Of a stretch of DNA of 64,000 bases, positions 18,603 to 27,981 are shown one piece after another. The position numbers were made by a program, and so were the translations under genes. Numbering within the stretch: the first letter of the stretch is position 1; each line of letters starts with the position of its first letter. The DNA is from a virus (Duplodnaviria; Caudoviricetes), in the IMG/VR virus record IMGVR_UViG_3300029288_000085, positions 32,001-96,000 of that record; one strand, written 5' to 3'. Below the pieces are notes generated by a model. The model saw only the letters and a program-made list of their open reading frames with translations. It did not search any database and was not told the origin of the DNA.

Positions 18603-20324
18603 TTGCAACTATCTGATAATGCTAGAGAGATAGCAGAGAAAAGATATTTTCATGAAAATGAGGATTGGGAAAAATTATCAAGACGAGTGGGTAAATATAT
18701 TTCTTTACAAGAGAAAGAGTCAACTAAATGGGAAAATATATTTGCAGAAGAAATATTTAATATGTTATTTATCCCTGGGGGAAGAATATTAAGAAACTCA
18801 GGATTACCAAAACAATCAATGCTTAATTGCGTATGTCTTTCTATTAATGATTCAATAGAAGCTATTGGGGATACAATTAAAAATGCATTAATAATGTGGT
18901 CTTATGGTGCTGGAATTGGTATTGATTTCTCTCCATTAAGAGAAAAAGGTAGACCACTTAAAAGTAAGGGTGGACATTCATCTGGAATGATGTCATTTAT
19001 AACTGCTATTGATGCAGTAGCTAGAACTATTGAAACAGGGGGTCAAAGAAGAAGTGGTCTTTTAGCAATGGTTAAGGTAGACCACCCAGAAATATTTGAA
19101 TTTATAGATGCAAAGAAGATTGATAAAAAATTACCTTATGTGAATCTATCAGTAGCAGTTGATGAGAATTTTCTACATGCAGTAGAGAATGATATGGATT
19201 GGAATTTACAATTCTCCGGTCAAGTAGTAAGAACAGTAAAAGCCAGAGAAATATGGGATAAAATATTAGAAAGTATGCTTAACTATGGAGATCCTGGTAT
19301 TATAAATACTCATAATCTTTATAGAAATAATACATTCTATTTTCAGAGAATATCATCTACTAACTTATGTGGTGAGATACCTTTACCGGCATCAGGGGCA
19401 TGTTGTTTAGGTAGTATAGTACTACCTAACTTTTTATATCCTAATTCTAAAAATACTAATTGGAAAAAGTTAGAAACATCAATAAGACATGGAGTTAGAT
19501 TTCTTGATAATGTTTTAGATGTCAATTTTTATCCAATTAAGGAAGTTGAGTTAACCGCAAAAGATAGCAGAAGATTAGGTTTAGGTGTAATGGGCCTTCA
19601 CGATTATCTTATGATGAAAGAAATAAGATACGGTAGTGAGGTATCATTATTAGAAGTAGAACGATTATTTAGATTTATACGAAATATCGCATATCAAGAA
19701 TCAATAAAAATAGCAGATGAGAAAGGTACTTTTCCAAAGTTTTCTAAAAATGAGTATTGTAATGCATCTTTCATTAGAAAACTACCTCCTAAAATAAGGA
19801 TTGATATTAAGAAGTTTGGTATTAGAAACAGTTGTATAATTGCTGCTCCACCTACAGGTACATCATCTTTATTATGTGACGTATCTTCAGGTATAGAACC
19901 TGTTTTTTCACTCTCTTATATGAGAAAGGATAGAGTTTCAGAAAGATTATATGTACACCCTAAATTGAAAGAATTGATTTTGTCTGGTCAATCAGAAAAA
20001 CCAGATTGGCTAATAGATACTTATGATTTAACTCCTACAGATCATTTGGAAATACAGACAACAATACAGAAATATTTAGACAATGCAATTTCTAAGACAG
20101 TAAATTGTCCCAAAGATATGAATAAGAATGATCTTAATGATTTGCTACTTGAGTTTTTATATGATGTAAAAGGTATTACAATTTATAGAGATGGAAGTAA
20201 GGAAGATCAAGTTCTAAATAATGTATCTTTTGACAAAATAAAGAAATATGTATTAGATGATAAATCTACCCAGAATATGTCTACTGAAGATACTAAGTGT
20301 AGTACTGGAAGTTGTGAATATTAA
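18603..20324 (+). CDS. nrdJ: Class II (B12-dependent) ribonucleotide reductase
   Basis: PGGRIL, NC, GGQRRSG, TNLCGEIPL, CCLGS, RRLGLGVMG, PPTGTSS, ISKTVN, C-terminal CxxGxC; no small-subunit gene nearby. Confidence 0.85.
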   Translation: MQLSDNAREIAEKRYFHENEDWEKLSRRVGKYISLQEKESTKWENIFAEEIFNMLFIPGGRILRNSGLPKQSMLNCVCLSINDSIEAIGDTIKNALIMWSYGAGIGIDFSPLREKGRPLKSKGGHSSGMMSFITAIDAVARTIETGGQRRSGLLAMVKVDHPEIFEFIDAKKIDKKLPYVNLSVAVDENFLHAVENDMDWNLQFSGQVVRTVKAREIWDKILESMLNYGDPGIINTHNLYRNNTFYFQRISSTNLCGEIPLPASGACCLGSIVLPNFLYPNSKNTNWKKLETSIRHGVRFLDNVLDVNFYPIKEVELTAKDSRRLGLGVMGLHDYLMMKEIRYGSEVSLLEVERLFRFIRNIAYQESIKIADEKGTFPKFSKNEYCNASFIRKLPPKIRIDIKKFGIRNSCIIAAPPTGTSSLLCDVSSGIEPVFSLSYMRKDRVSERLYVHPKLKELILSGQSEKPDWLIDTYDLTPTDHLEIQTTIQKYLDNAISKTVNCPKDMNKNDLNDLLLEFLYDVKGITIYRDGSKEDQVLNNVSFDKIKKYVLDDKSTQNMSTEDTKCSTGSCEY

Positions 20325-20354
20325 AGGAATAACTATTTAAGCGGGGTTAAAATA

Positions 20355-20756
20355 ATGAAAAAGCATTTTGTAGTTTTTTGTAGCCCTGGTACTTTTTTTG
20401 ATGAAATAACAGAAAAACCAATAGAATCATGGAATGTTAAAGAAGCTATTAAAATGTCTACAGCAATAAAAGAACGTCATGGAGCAACTCCTTTTGGATT
20501 TTATTTTATAACTAGAGAACGTGGTAAAAATGATTTAGATAGTCACATTTCTAAAACTAGTGGAACCTATTTTTTAGGTGGACAAATTCTTACTTTGAAT
20601 GAAGTAAAAGCATTAAATAATAAGGATTATAGAATCCTTATATCAAATATGGAAGGTAATGAAATAGATAGAATAATTATTAACACAAATTCATGGAAAG
20701 TTCATAAGCCTTTTATGAAAGGCGACACGTTGTTAAATGTAAATATGGAGGAGTGA
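20355..20756 (+). CDS. Hypothetical phage protein
   Basis: SPGTFF...ERHGATPFGF. Confidence 0.6.
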   Translation: MKKHFVVFCSPGTFFDEITEKPIESWNVKEAIKMSTAIKERHGATPFGFYFITRERGKNDLDSHISKTSGTYFLGGQILTLNEVKALNNKDYRILISNMEGNEIDRIIINTNSWKVHKPFMKGDTLLNVNMEE

Positions 20757-20766
20757 TAATATCAAT

Positions 20767-20946
20767 TTGTCTAAAACAGAAAGAATTGAAAGAGATCCCT
20801 ATGCACATATTCGTAGGGAAATTCCAAAGCCAGGATTTCCTTTTGGAACTAGAAAATATTTACGGCTAAAAGAAAGATTATCAGAAAAGCAATTAATATT
20901 TGAAGGACTAGGAGATTATATAGAAGAAACGGATGAAAATACTTAA
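20767..20946 (+). CDS. 59-aa hypothetical protein (TTG start)
   Basis: MSKTERIERDPYAHIRREIPKPG... fills the intergenic gap. Confidence 0.45.
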   Translation: MSKTERIERDPYAHIRREIPKPGFPFGTRKYLRLKERLSEKQLIFEGLGDYIEETDENT

Positions 20947-21304
20947 ACAGCCTACTAATTATACTTGTGGGCAGACATGTGTTGCAATGTTAGCTGGAAT
21001 CACAGTTGAAAAGGCTATTGAAGTAGTAGATAAAAAGGGAGACACTAGTGGTAACGATTTAATAAAAGCATTAAATAAACTGAACATTAAATGTTCAGAT
21101 AGATTAGAGAGATCAAAGGGAAAACTTCCAAAATTAGCTATTATAAAATATACTTGGAAGAATAGAATCAAAGAGGGTAGTCATTGGATTTTATGTAATA
21201 ATGGTAAATTCTATAATCCTTATTATGGAGTCTTGGATTCACCATTTACAAATGACTCTTATAATTGGCAAAAGATAGTTTCTTATATTGAGATATACAA
21301 ATGA
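20933..21304 (+). CDS. Peptidase C39-like protein
   Basis: QPTNYTCGQTCVAM, SHWI, YNP. Confidence 0.7.
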   Translation: MKILKQPTNYTCGQTCVAMLAGITVEKAIEVVDKKGDTSGNDLIKALNKLNIKCSDRLERSKGKLPKLAIIKYTWKNRIKEGSHWILCNNGKFYNPYYGVLDSPFTNDSYNWQKIVSYIEIYK

Positions 21305-22044
21305 TAATAACAACTATAGAAGCAACTACAATCCCAGATTCTTGGTTCCAATGTGTGAGTAAAGTTCAGGAAGTAGGTTTTCGATATGTGATCCAACAAG
21401 GTTCTTTTGTTGGGCAAACCAGACTTGAATTTGATTGGATAACTATTTGCATTAGTCATCCATATTCGGAACCTTATGACACTATGCTTCCAGAAATTCC
21501 TCAACATCTTGGTATTCCTAACCCAGTAGCGAAGGGATATATAGAACAGTATCTTCCATATATTATGACAGATCTAAAAAAGAAAAGTGAAGATTATACC
21601 TATGGAGAAAGATTAACAAGAGCACCTATGTCTACAAAGATAATTGCTGGCTCAAGTATAACAAAGATATCTTCTCATGAAGAATTATGGAGACTTACTA
21701 GAGTTGATCAGATTGAACATTTTATTGAAGTTTTGAAGAATACACCAAATACAAATCAAGCTATTCTCCAAATTGGGCAACCATCAGATTGTGGATTAGA
21801 TGATCCTCCATGTCTTAGACATATTGATATGAGAGTAAAGGATAAAATGCTCATTTTCTATCCTTACTTCCGTTCATGGGATTTATGGTCAGGGATGGCT
21901 CCAAATTTAGCAGCTATTGCTATTCTTCAGAAATATATGGCAGATGAAATCGGAGTTGCAAGTGGGGAAATAATTGCTAGTAGCAAAGGTCTTCATTTGT
22001 ATGGTTATGTAGAACAATTAGCAAAGTTGAGATGTGGGAAATGA
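21301..22044 (+). CDS. thyA: Thymidylate synthase family (archaeal-like ThyA)
   Basis: YTYGER, DPPCLR, FRSWD...N, LHLY. Confidence 0.8.
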   Translation: MIITTIEATTIPDSWFQCVSKVQEVGFRYVIQQGSFVGQTRLEFDWITICISHPYSEPYDTMLPEIPQHLGIPNPVAKGYIEQYLPYIMTDLKKKSEDYTYGERLTRAPMSTKIIAGSSITKISSHEELWRLTRVDQIEHFIEVLKNTPNTNQAILQIGQPSDCGLDDPPCLRHIDMRVKDKMLIFYPYFRSWDLWSGMAPNLAAIAILQKYMADEIGVASGEIIASSKGLHLYGYVEQLAKLRCGK

Positions 22045-22211
22045 AAATGGTAGAAATACAGTTTGAGGGAAAAAATGAAGATAAAGCTACACAGGAATTC
22101 CTCAATTGGTTGAAAATAGAAGATAGTATTTTAGAGTATTTTGCAAGTAAAAACTTACATGTAGACTACATACATTATTGTAATAGTAATATAATCTTTT
22201 ATTTAAGATAG
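22041..22211 (+). CDS. 56-aa hypothetical protein
   Basis: ATGA overlap with the thyA stop; MKMVEIQFEGKN... Confidence 0.45.
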   Translation: MKMVEIQFEGKNEDKATQEFLNWLKIEDSILEYFASKNLHVDYIHYCNSNIIFYLR

Positions 22212-22234
22212 TATAAATAGGATGTGAATTATGA

Positions 22235-22969
22235 ATGTATAAAATTCTTATTTTCTTGGTTTCATTTTTATTTATTTTTGGTGCATGTGCAACCTTTAAC
22301 ACCCAAAAAGGAATTCCTGGTACAACACACAATGTTAAAATAACAGTTGAGTCAGCTAATGATAGTAATGTAAATATTGAAAAAGATAAGATAGTTAAGA
22401 CACAACAAATTCCATATAGTGAACCTGAGTTTAAACCACCTACATTCCAGTTAGGTGATACTGTTTATATTCCAATTTGGAGTGGAATTGATACAAATGA
22501 TACATTATCTTTATGGAATACAATTAACATAGCAAAGTATAAGAAATTAACAAAATTGTATATTTATATAAATTCAGGTGGTGGATCAGTATTTGCCGGA
22601 TTAGGACTTTCGGATGTATTACTTGCAGCAAAGAAAGATGGATTTGAAATTACAACAGAGGCAAACGGTATAGTAGCAAGTGCAGCAGTTACAGTATTTA
22701 TAGTAGGAGATAAAGGAAAAAGAATTGCAACAAAAGGTACAGTATTTATGCTTCATAGAGGAAAGATGTTTAAACTCTTTTCTGAAGAAACAAAAGATGA
22801 TCTTAGAGCACAGCAAGAAATGTTTGCAATTGTTGATGCTAGATATAATAAACTAATTTCAGATAGTTCCAATCTTTCAGAACAAGAAGTAGAAAATAAA
22901 TGTAATTATACAACATGGTTCACAGCAGATGAAGCTCTTGAATGGGGATTAGTTGACATAGTAAAATAA
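22235..22969 (+). CDS. ClpP/S14-like protease with lipoprotein leader
   Basis: INSGGGSV, ASAA, FMLH, WFTADEALEWGLVD; N-terminal FGAC lipobox. Confidence 0.8.
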   Translation: MYKILIFLVSFLFIFGACATFNTQKGIPGTTHNVKITVESANDSNVNIEKDKIVKTQQIPYSEPEFKPPTFQLGDTVYIPIWSGIDTNDTLSLWNTINIAKYKKLTKLYIYINSGGGSVFAGLGLSDVLLAAKKDGFEITTEANGIVASAAVTVFIVGDKGKRIATKGTVFMLHRGKMFKLFSEETKDDLRAQQEMFAIVDARYNKLISDSSNLSEQEVENKCNYTTWFTADEALEWGLVDIVK

Positions 22970-23072
22970 CTAGAAAGGAGGTAATGTGAAGATTATGGGA
23001 AAGAAAGACAAGGGAAAAGATACTAAGAAACAAACCAAGCAAACAAAGAAAGGTAAGTAATTAGTGTAAATA

Positions 23073-23100
23073 GCCCCACTAACAAGTGGGGCAATATTTT
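23073..23100 (+). terminator. GC-rich hairpin, probable terminator
   Basis: GCCCCACT-AACA-AGTGGGGC followed by AATATTTT. Confidence 0.55.
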
Positions 23101-23112
23101 ACGAGGTAAAAA

Positions 23113-23961
23113 ATGCTTTGTATTTATCATAATGATCTAGATGGAAAATGTGCTGCTGCAATAGTAAACTATAAATATCCTGACTGCAAAATGTTAGAAA
23201 TGGATTACAAGAATGATTATAATCTAGAGGAAATTGCTAAGGAAGATAAGATTTTTATTCTTGACTTTGCTTTACAGCCACTTAATCAAATGCTTAAGTT
23301 ATGGGAAATAAATAAGAATGTTGTTTGGATAGATCATCATAAATCAAATATAGACTTTTGCACGATTAACACTATCGTTAATAATATTAATGGAATACGT
23401 GAGATTGGCAAATCAGGTTGTGAATTAACGTGGGAGTATCTCTTCCCAGAACGGAAAATTCCTCTAACTGTTAAATTACTAGGAAGGTATGATGTATATG
23501 ATTTTACTGATGATAGAACTTTGCCATTCCAATATGGAATGAGATTACTTGACACAAAACCAAATAGTGAAGAGTGGAAAGTTCATTTTCATAAGTATAT
23601 AGATCTTACTGTAGAAAAATATATTGAGTATATTCAGAGTATAGTTGATGAAGGTAATATAGTACTAAAATACATATCTGAAGAAGATGAACTATATTGT
23701 AAACAATATGCCTTTCCTATGACATTTGAAGGATATAATTGTGTCGTTCTTAATAGAGGATTATCAAATGTTAAGGTATTTGACTCAAGGTCAAAAGATT
23801 ATCAGATAATGATTGCATATGTATTTGATGGTAGAAAATATGCTGTTTCTTTGTATACAATTGATACTACAATTGATGTGTCAGCAATAGCAAAGAAGTA
23901 TAAGGGTGGTGGTCATAAGTCGGCTGCGGGATTTGTGACAGAAAAGTTGCCTTGGGGATAA
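23113..23961 (+). CDS. DHH/DHHA1 phosphoesterase
   Basis: HNDLDG, ILDF, IDHH, GGGHKSAAGF. Confidence 0.9.
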   Translation: MLCIYHNDLDGKCAAAIVNYKYPDCKMLEMDYKNDYNLEEIAKEDKIFILDFALQPLNQMLKLWEINKNVVWIDHHKSNIDFCTINTIVNNINGIREIGKSGCELTWEYLFPERKIPLTVKLLGRYDVYDFTDDRTLPFQYGMRLLDTKPNSEEWKVHFHKYIDLTVEKYIEYIQSIVDEGNIVLKYISEEDELYCKQYAFPMTFEGYNCVVLNRGLSNVKVFDSRSKDYQIMIAYVFDGRKYAVSLYTIDTTIDVSAIAKKYKGGGHKSAAGFVTEKLPWG

Positions 23962-23966
23962 AATAT

Positions 23967-24038
23967 GCGGGGATAGACTTAACGTAAAGGACTTGCTTTC
24001 CAAGCAGGAGGTTGATAGCTCGTTGCTATCTCCCCGCT
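23967..24038 (+). tRNA. tRNA-Gly(TCC), atypical
   Basis: Acceptor GCGGGGA/TCCCCGC + T73; anticodon arm CTTGC-TTTCCAA-GCAGG; T stem GATAG/CTATC with loop CTCGTTG; no encoded CCA. Confidence 0.7.
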
Positions 24039-24054
24039 TACAATATTAAAAAAT

Positions 24055-24444
24055 ATGGTTACTTTAAATAAAAAAGACACAAAATTATTCTTAAAGAAAG
24101 TTGAGGAAGGTCTTAAGCATCCTACAGCACCAGTCCCAACTCCAAAATTAGATGGTATATTGAAGAAAATTAAAGAAGATTATTCTAATAAATTAACAGA
24201 CAAACTTGTAAACAAACTAATAAAAAATTTAACTATCACTTCTAATTTTCTAAAGGAACATGTTACATTAGAGAATTATAGATATTCTTTTGAGAAAGCA
24301 GAGATAATTGATATGATTATAGAAGCACTTAAGAAATCTTTAAAAGAAGCTGAGGAGGAAAATAGGGAGGATGATAATATAATTGTCAGGAGCACCAGTA
24401 CATCGACTAAACAAGAAAGAGATTATATGGCTTGCAAATCATAA
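24055..24444 (+). CDS. Hypothetical protein
   Basis: ORF. Confidence 0.5.
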   Translation: MVTLNKKDTKLFLKKVEEGLKHPTAPVPTPKLDGILKKIKEDYSNKLTDKLVNKLIKNLTITSNFLKEHVTLENYRYSFEKAEIIDMIIEALKKSLKEAEEENREDDNIIVRSTSTSTKQERDYMACKS

Positions 24445-25087
24445 ATGCAAACATTCAATGTCTTATTTAGAACACTTTCGATGTTACGAAACAGAAGTAT
24501 TAAAAGGAAGAAAATATGAAGCAGGTAAGGATAAATTACCAATTGATCAGAAAGTCGGTTATTTTGATATAGAGGCATCTAATTTAACCAGTTCATTCGG
24601 AATAATTTTATGCTATTGCATCAAAGATGCAGATAGTGATATTATTTATAGTGATTGTGTTACAAAAGAGGATTTACAAACTGATTTGGATAAAAATGTA
24701 GTAAAATCATGTATAGAAGATCTAAAACGGTTTGATCGAGTTATAGGGTATTATAGTACTAAATTTGACATTCCGTATACTCGAAGTAGGGCAGTAGTCC
24801 ATAATTTACCTTTTGGGGTATTTGGTTCATTATTACATACAGATTGTTATTATATTGTTAAGCACAAATTCAAACTGCATTCTAATCGCTTAGAAACGGC
24901 ATATGAAACATTAGTAGGACCAAGCTATAAGACTCCTATTAAACCTGCAATATGGATAAAAGCATTACAAGGTGATAAAGACAGTTTAAATTTTATAGTT
25001 GATCATTGTCAAAGAGATGTTCACATGCTTCAAGAACTTTATGAGAAGATCTCTGATTTTTCAAGAAGGAAAGATACAAGTATTTAG
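24383..25087 (+). CDS. RNase H-fold DEDD 3'-5' exonuclease
   Basis: FDIE, YYSTKFDIPY, HTD, HCQRDV. Confidence 0.8.
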   Translation: MSGAPVHRLNKKEIIWLANHKCKHSMSYLEHFRCYETEVLKGRKYEAGKDKLPIDQKVGYFDIEASNLTSSFGIILCYCIKDADSDIIYSDCVTKEDLQTDLDKNVVKSCIEDLKRFDRVIGYYSTKFDIPYTRSRAVVHNLPFGVFGSLLHTDCYYIVKHKFKLHSNRLETAYETLVGPSYKTPIKPAIWIKALQGDKDSLNFIVDHCQRDVHMLQELYEKISDFSRRKDTSI

Positions 25088-25963
25088 ATGAAATTATGTT
25101 GGGATAATCTTGCGAAGTTGAGATTCAATAATAAAACTGGTTGTTGGTATAACGAGCATAGGAATAAATATGAATTGGTAGATTCCTGCAAAACTTGTGG
25201 TGAGGAATTTTTAGCTTCATCGTATGGTTTTAAACTTTTCTGTGAGAGAAAGTGCCAACCAAGTAATCAAAAAGGTAGACACCACTCTGAAGAAACTAAA
25301 AATAGATTACGAAAAGTCTTAAAGGATAGAATATTTTCTGAGGAAACACGTAGAAAACTTAGTGAAGCTAATAAAGGAAAAAAGCATTCTGCATTTACAA
25401 AAGCAAAATTACGAGAAATAAATTTAGGTTCCAACTCTCCAGCTTGGAAGGGTGGAGTAAATGAAAAAGATGTTCCAATTTATGATACTTATTCTCATAA
25501 AATAAGTTGGTGTGAAGAAGTAAAGAGAGATTCAAAAGATGAAAGATTACTACAAGTTAAATGCACTTACTGTGGAAAATGGTATACACCCACTAGAACA
25601 AGTGTAAGATCTAGAATAAGAGCAATAAATGGAGATTTAAGTGGTGAACATCATTTTTATTGTTCAAGTGAATGCAAGAATCTCTGTCCAATCTATAGAC
25701 AGAGAGATTATTATAAATTTCAAACAGAAGATCTTACTAGAGAAGTTCAAGCAGAACTAAGACAGTTAGTTTTTGCCAGAGATAATTGGACTTGTACTAA
25801 ATGTAGTAGGAAAGATTCTTTACATTGTCATCATATTGAAGGAATAAAATGGGAACCATTAGAAAGTGCAGATATAGATAAATGTAAAACTGTGTGTGAA
25901 GAATGCCATATTCAAATTCATAAAATTGAAGGGTGCACATATTATGATATGAGGTGTAATTAA
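25088..25963 (+). CDS. Zn-finger/NUMOD3 HNH endonuclease (family copy 1)
   Basis: HSEETK NUMOD3 repeats, WKGG, RDNWTCTKC...LHCHHIEG...CEECH. Confidence 0.8.
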   Translation: MKLCWDNLAKLRFNNKTGCWYNEHRNKYELVDSCKTCGEEFLASSYGFKLFCERKCQPSNQKGRHHSEETKNRLRKVLKDRIFSEETRRKLSEANKGKKHSAFTKAKLREINLGSNSPAWKGGVNEKDVPIYDTYSHKISWCEEVKRDSKDERLLQVKCTYCGKWYTPTRTSVRSRIRAINGDLSGEHHFYCSSECKNLCPIYRQRDYYKFQTEDLTREVQAELRQLVFARDNWTCTKCSRKDSLHCHHIEGIKWEPLESADIDKCKTVCEECHIQIHKIEGCTYYDMRCN

Positions 25964-25964
25964 T

Positions 25965-26279
25965 TTGGTCCAACTTATTCCAGATAGTACATATAAAGTT
26001 AACGAATGTATTTTTTATAAGGCAAAAAGATGCTTACTTACTCATGGGGTTATCTTTGGGAACAAAAAAATGAGATCAACTTGCAAACCTATAGCTACTT
26101 GTTCTTATGGAGTAGATATAAACAACTTTTTTAATAGTATAAAAACAAGTTTTCAAATTGATCCAAATGAAGAGTTTATGGCAAATCCTCCATCAAAAAA
26201 AGACATGGAGGAGTTCATTTATACGATTGCTGAATCAAGTATGAAAAACCAAGAAAAAGAGAGTAATGAGCAAAAATGA
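25965..26279 (+). CDS. Hypothetical protein
   Basis: ORF in operon. Confidence 0.5.
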   Translation: MVQLIPDSTYKVNECIFYKAKRCLLTHGVIFGNKKMRSTCKPIATCSYGVDINNFFNSIKTSFQIDPNEEFMANPPSKKDMEEFIYTIAESSMKNQEKESNEQK

Positions 26280-26584
26280 CCGATGTAATGATTTTCAAGA
26301 CATCTAATTCTAGGCATATTGGTTCTTATAAAAGTTTTCAACATGCAATCGAGATATTGGGAGTTAAGAAAGATCCAGTCAACCTATTAATAGATACCAT
26401 TCAAGTAATGAAAAGTAATCTAGTACTTTCTCCTAACATTACTTTGCTATTTATATCAGAGGGTGCAATTGATGGTAATGGATATATACTTTATCTAGAT
26501 TCACCAAATCAAATAGTAAAACCTGAAGATAAAGAAGTATTTATTGGTAATATAGGGGTAATATACAATGAAAGAGAAGACTAA
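26276..26584 (+). CDS. Hypothetical protein
   Basis: ORF in operon. Confidence 0.5.
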   Translation: MTDVMIFKTSNSRHIGSYKSFQHAIEILGVKKDPVNLLIDTIQVMKSNLVLSPNITLLFISEGAIDGNGYILYLDSPNQIVKPEDKEVFIGNIGVIYNERED

Positions 26585-26795
26585 GATTGGAAAAGTTGAA
26601 GTAACTGTTCAAACTGAAGACAGATTGAAGGCAATAACTAATTTAGCTATTGCTGTTCGTTGCCTAGCAGAAGCATTGAATAATCCAGTTCATATTGAAG
26701 TTAAGGATTGCACACTAAAGGCTAATGACATTGCTATGTTAATAAAAACAAATCCTAATATTTCCAGAACAGAAATAAAGGAAATTATTGGATAA
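26568..26795 (+). CDS. Hypothetical protein
   Basis: Last ORF of the + arm. Confidence 0.5.
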   Translation: MKEKTKIGKVEVTVQTEDRLKAITNLAIAVRCLAEALNNPVHIEVKDCTLKANDIAMLIKTNPNISRTEIKEIIG

Positions 26796-26797
26796 AG

Positions 26798-26827
26798 AAA
26801 CTAGCTAGGAGAAATCCTAGCTAGTTT
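26798..26827. terminator. Bidirectional terminator between the convergent arms
   Basis: AAACTAGCTAGGA-GAAA-TCCTAGCTAGTTT, with A/T tails on both sides. Confidence 0.75.
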
Positions 26828-27404
26828 TATTTGACTTTTTGTTATTTTCCGTTGCTAGAAGTTGTGACTTTATTGCACTCCCCCTAGAACTTCCGAAGAA
26901 ATAACCTAATACTGTAGAGAAACCAGATACTAAACCACCAAAAAGCATAAATACCACTTCATTCTGACCAAGAGGAATTGCATGAAAAATTAATGTTCCT
27001 GTTAAAGCAAAGAATCCTGTTACTATAACCCATGCAAGCACATATAGGTTTGTATCTTTTTGCCCTGTTGCCTTTACTACTTCAGTTTCTCTCTGTCTCG
27101 CATTAGCAGTATCTTGTAATTCAGCAGACTCTATCTGTATCTCTAATTTCTGTTGCTCAAGTATTATCTTCTGTAATTCTATTTTATAATTTGCATCTAT
27201 TTCAGCAAGTTTGACAGCAGCATTAGGGTCTGTCATTAATAGTGAATTTATCTTATCTGGCGTAGTCTCTTCTGGAGTTAGTCCAAACTGACTAGCGAGA
27301 ATTGAGACTAGACCTCCTATTGCACCACCTAAAGGGCCTGCTAGCGCCGTACCAAGGATGGGGGCAGCTTTTGCTACTGAACTTGCTACATCTTGCCATT
27401 GCAT
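26817..27404 (-). CDS. Holin-like membrane protein
   Basis: APILGTALAGP, DTANARQRE, C-terminal TMs ending GYFFGSS; adjacent to the endolysin. Confidence 0.7.
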   Translation of the reverse strand: MQWQDVASSVAKAAPILGTALAGPLGGAIGGLVSILASQFGLTPEETTPDKINSLLMTDPNAAVKLAEIDANYKIELQKIILEQQKLEIQIESAELQDTANARQRETEVVKATGQKDTNLYVLAWVIVTGFFALTGTLIFHAIPLGQNEVVFMLFGGLVSGFSTVLGYFFGSSRGSAIKSQLLATENNKKSNKTS

Positions 27405-27407
27405 GTT

Positions 27408-27914
27408 TTATACTCTCCTTAACCAACCCCTATAGAATACTTCTTGTGAAGTATCTTCGTGAAGACGTTTATGGTAATGCTCACCTTGGCATACATTCAA
27501 ATGCTTCACTATTGCGTCTGGGTATGGATGACTGTTTACTGCTTTTATAGTCTTTGGTCCAATAAGACCATCAACCTTAAGCTGATCTTCTTTTTCCTTA
27601 TCTAAATGATTTATTGCATCTTGAAGAAACATTCCTGCTCTAGTCCAATGCATATTCACAGCAATATCAAGCATTTCCTCTGCAATTTGTTGATTGTCAA
27701 TTAAGTCACCTTGAAACTTATTCCAATAATCTCTTTTATATATTTCTAATGCACGTTCTTTTGTCACGTTAGGTATATCTTCTTCTGGGTAATATTTTTT
27801 AGCAATCCCCCATTTAGTTTCTCCACCATAATCATTTGAATCATTAGAATATTTACCTTCTATATCTAATACTTTTTCTGCTGCTTGAATGAAATTTGCC
27901 ATTATTTTTACCAC
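27408..27914 (-). CDS. Endolysin, glycoside hydrolase family 108 + PG-binding domain
   Basis: EGKYSND..DYGGETKWGI, IYKRDYW, VDGLIGPKT, FYRGWLRRV. Confidence 0.9.
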   Translation of the reverse strand: MVKIMANFIQAAEKVLDIEGKYSNDSNDYGGETKWGIAKKYYPEEDIPNVTKERALEIYKRDYWNKFQGDLIDNQQIAEEMLDIAVNMHWTRAGMFLQDAINHLDKEKEDQLKVDGLIGPKTIKAVNSHPYPDAIVKHLNVCQGEHYHKRLHEDTSQEVFYRGWLRRV

Positions 27915-27981
27915 TTTCTAAATAAAATAACACTTCCTTTTATAAAATTTTTTGCTGAGTAATACGTATATATAATATCTA

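Noticed and set aside
18603-20324. Intein or intron in the RNR, or in RecA
   Set aside because: Both proteins are compact and continuous, with no splicing motifs.
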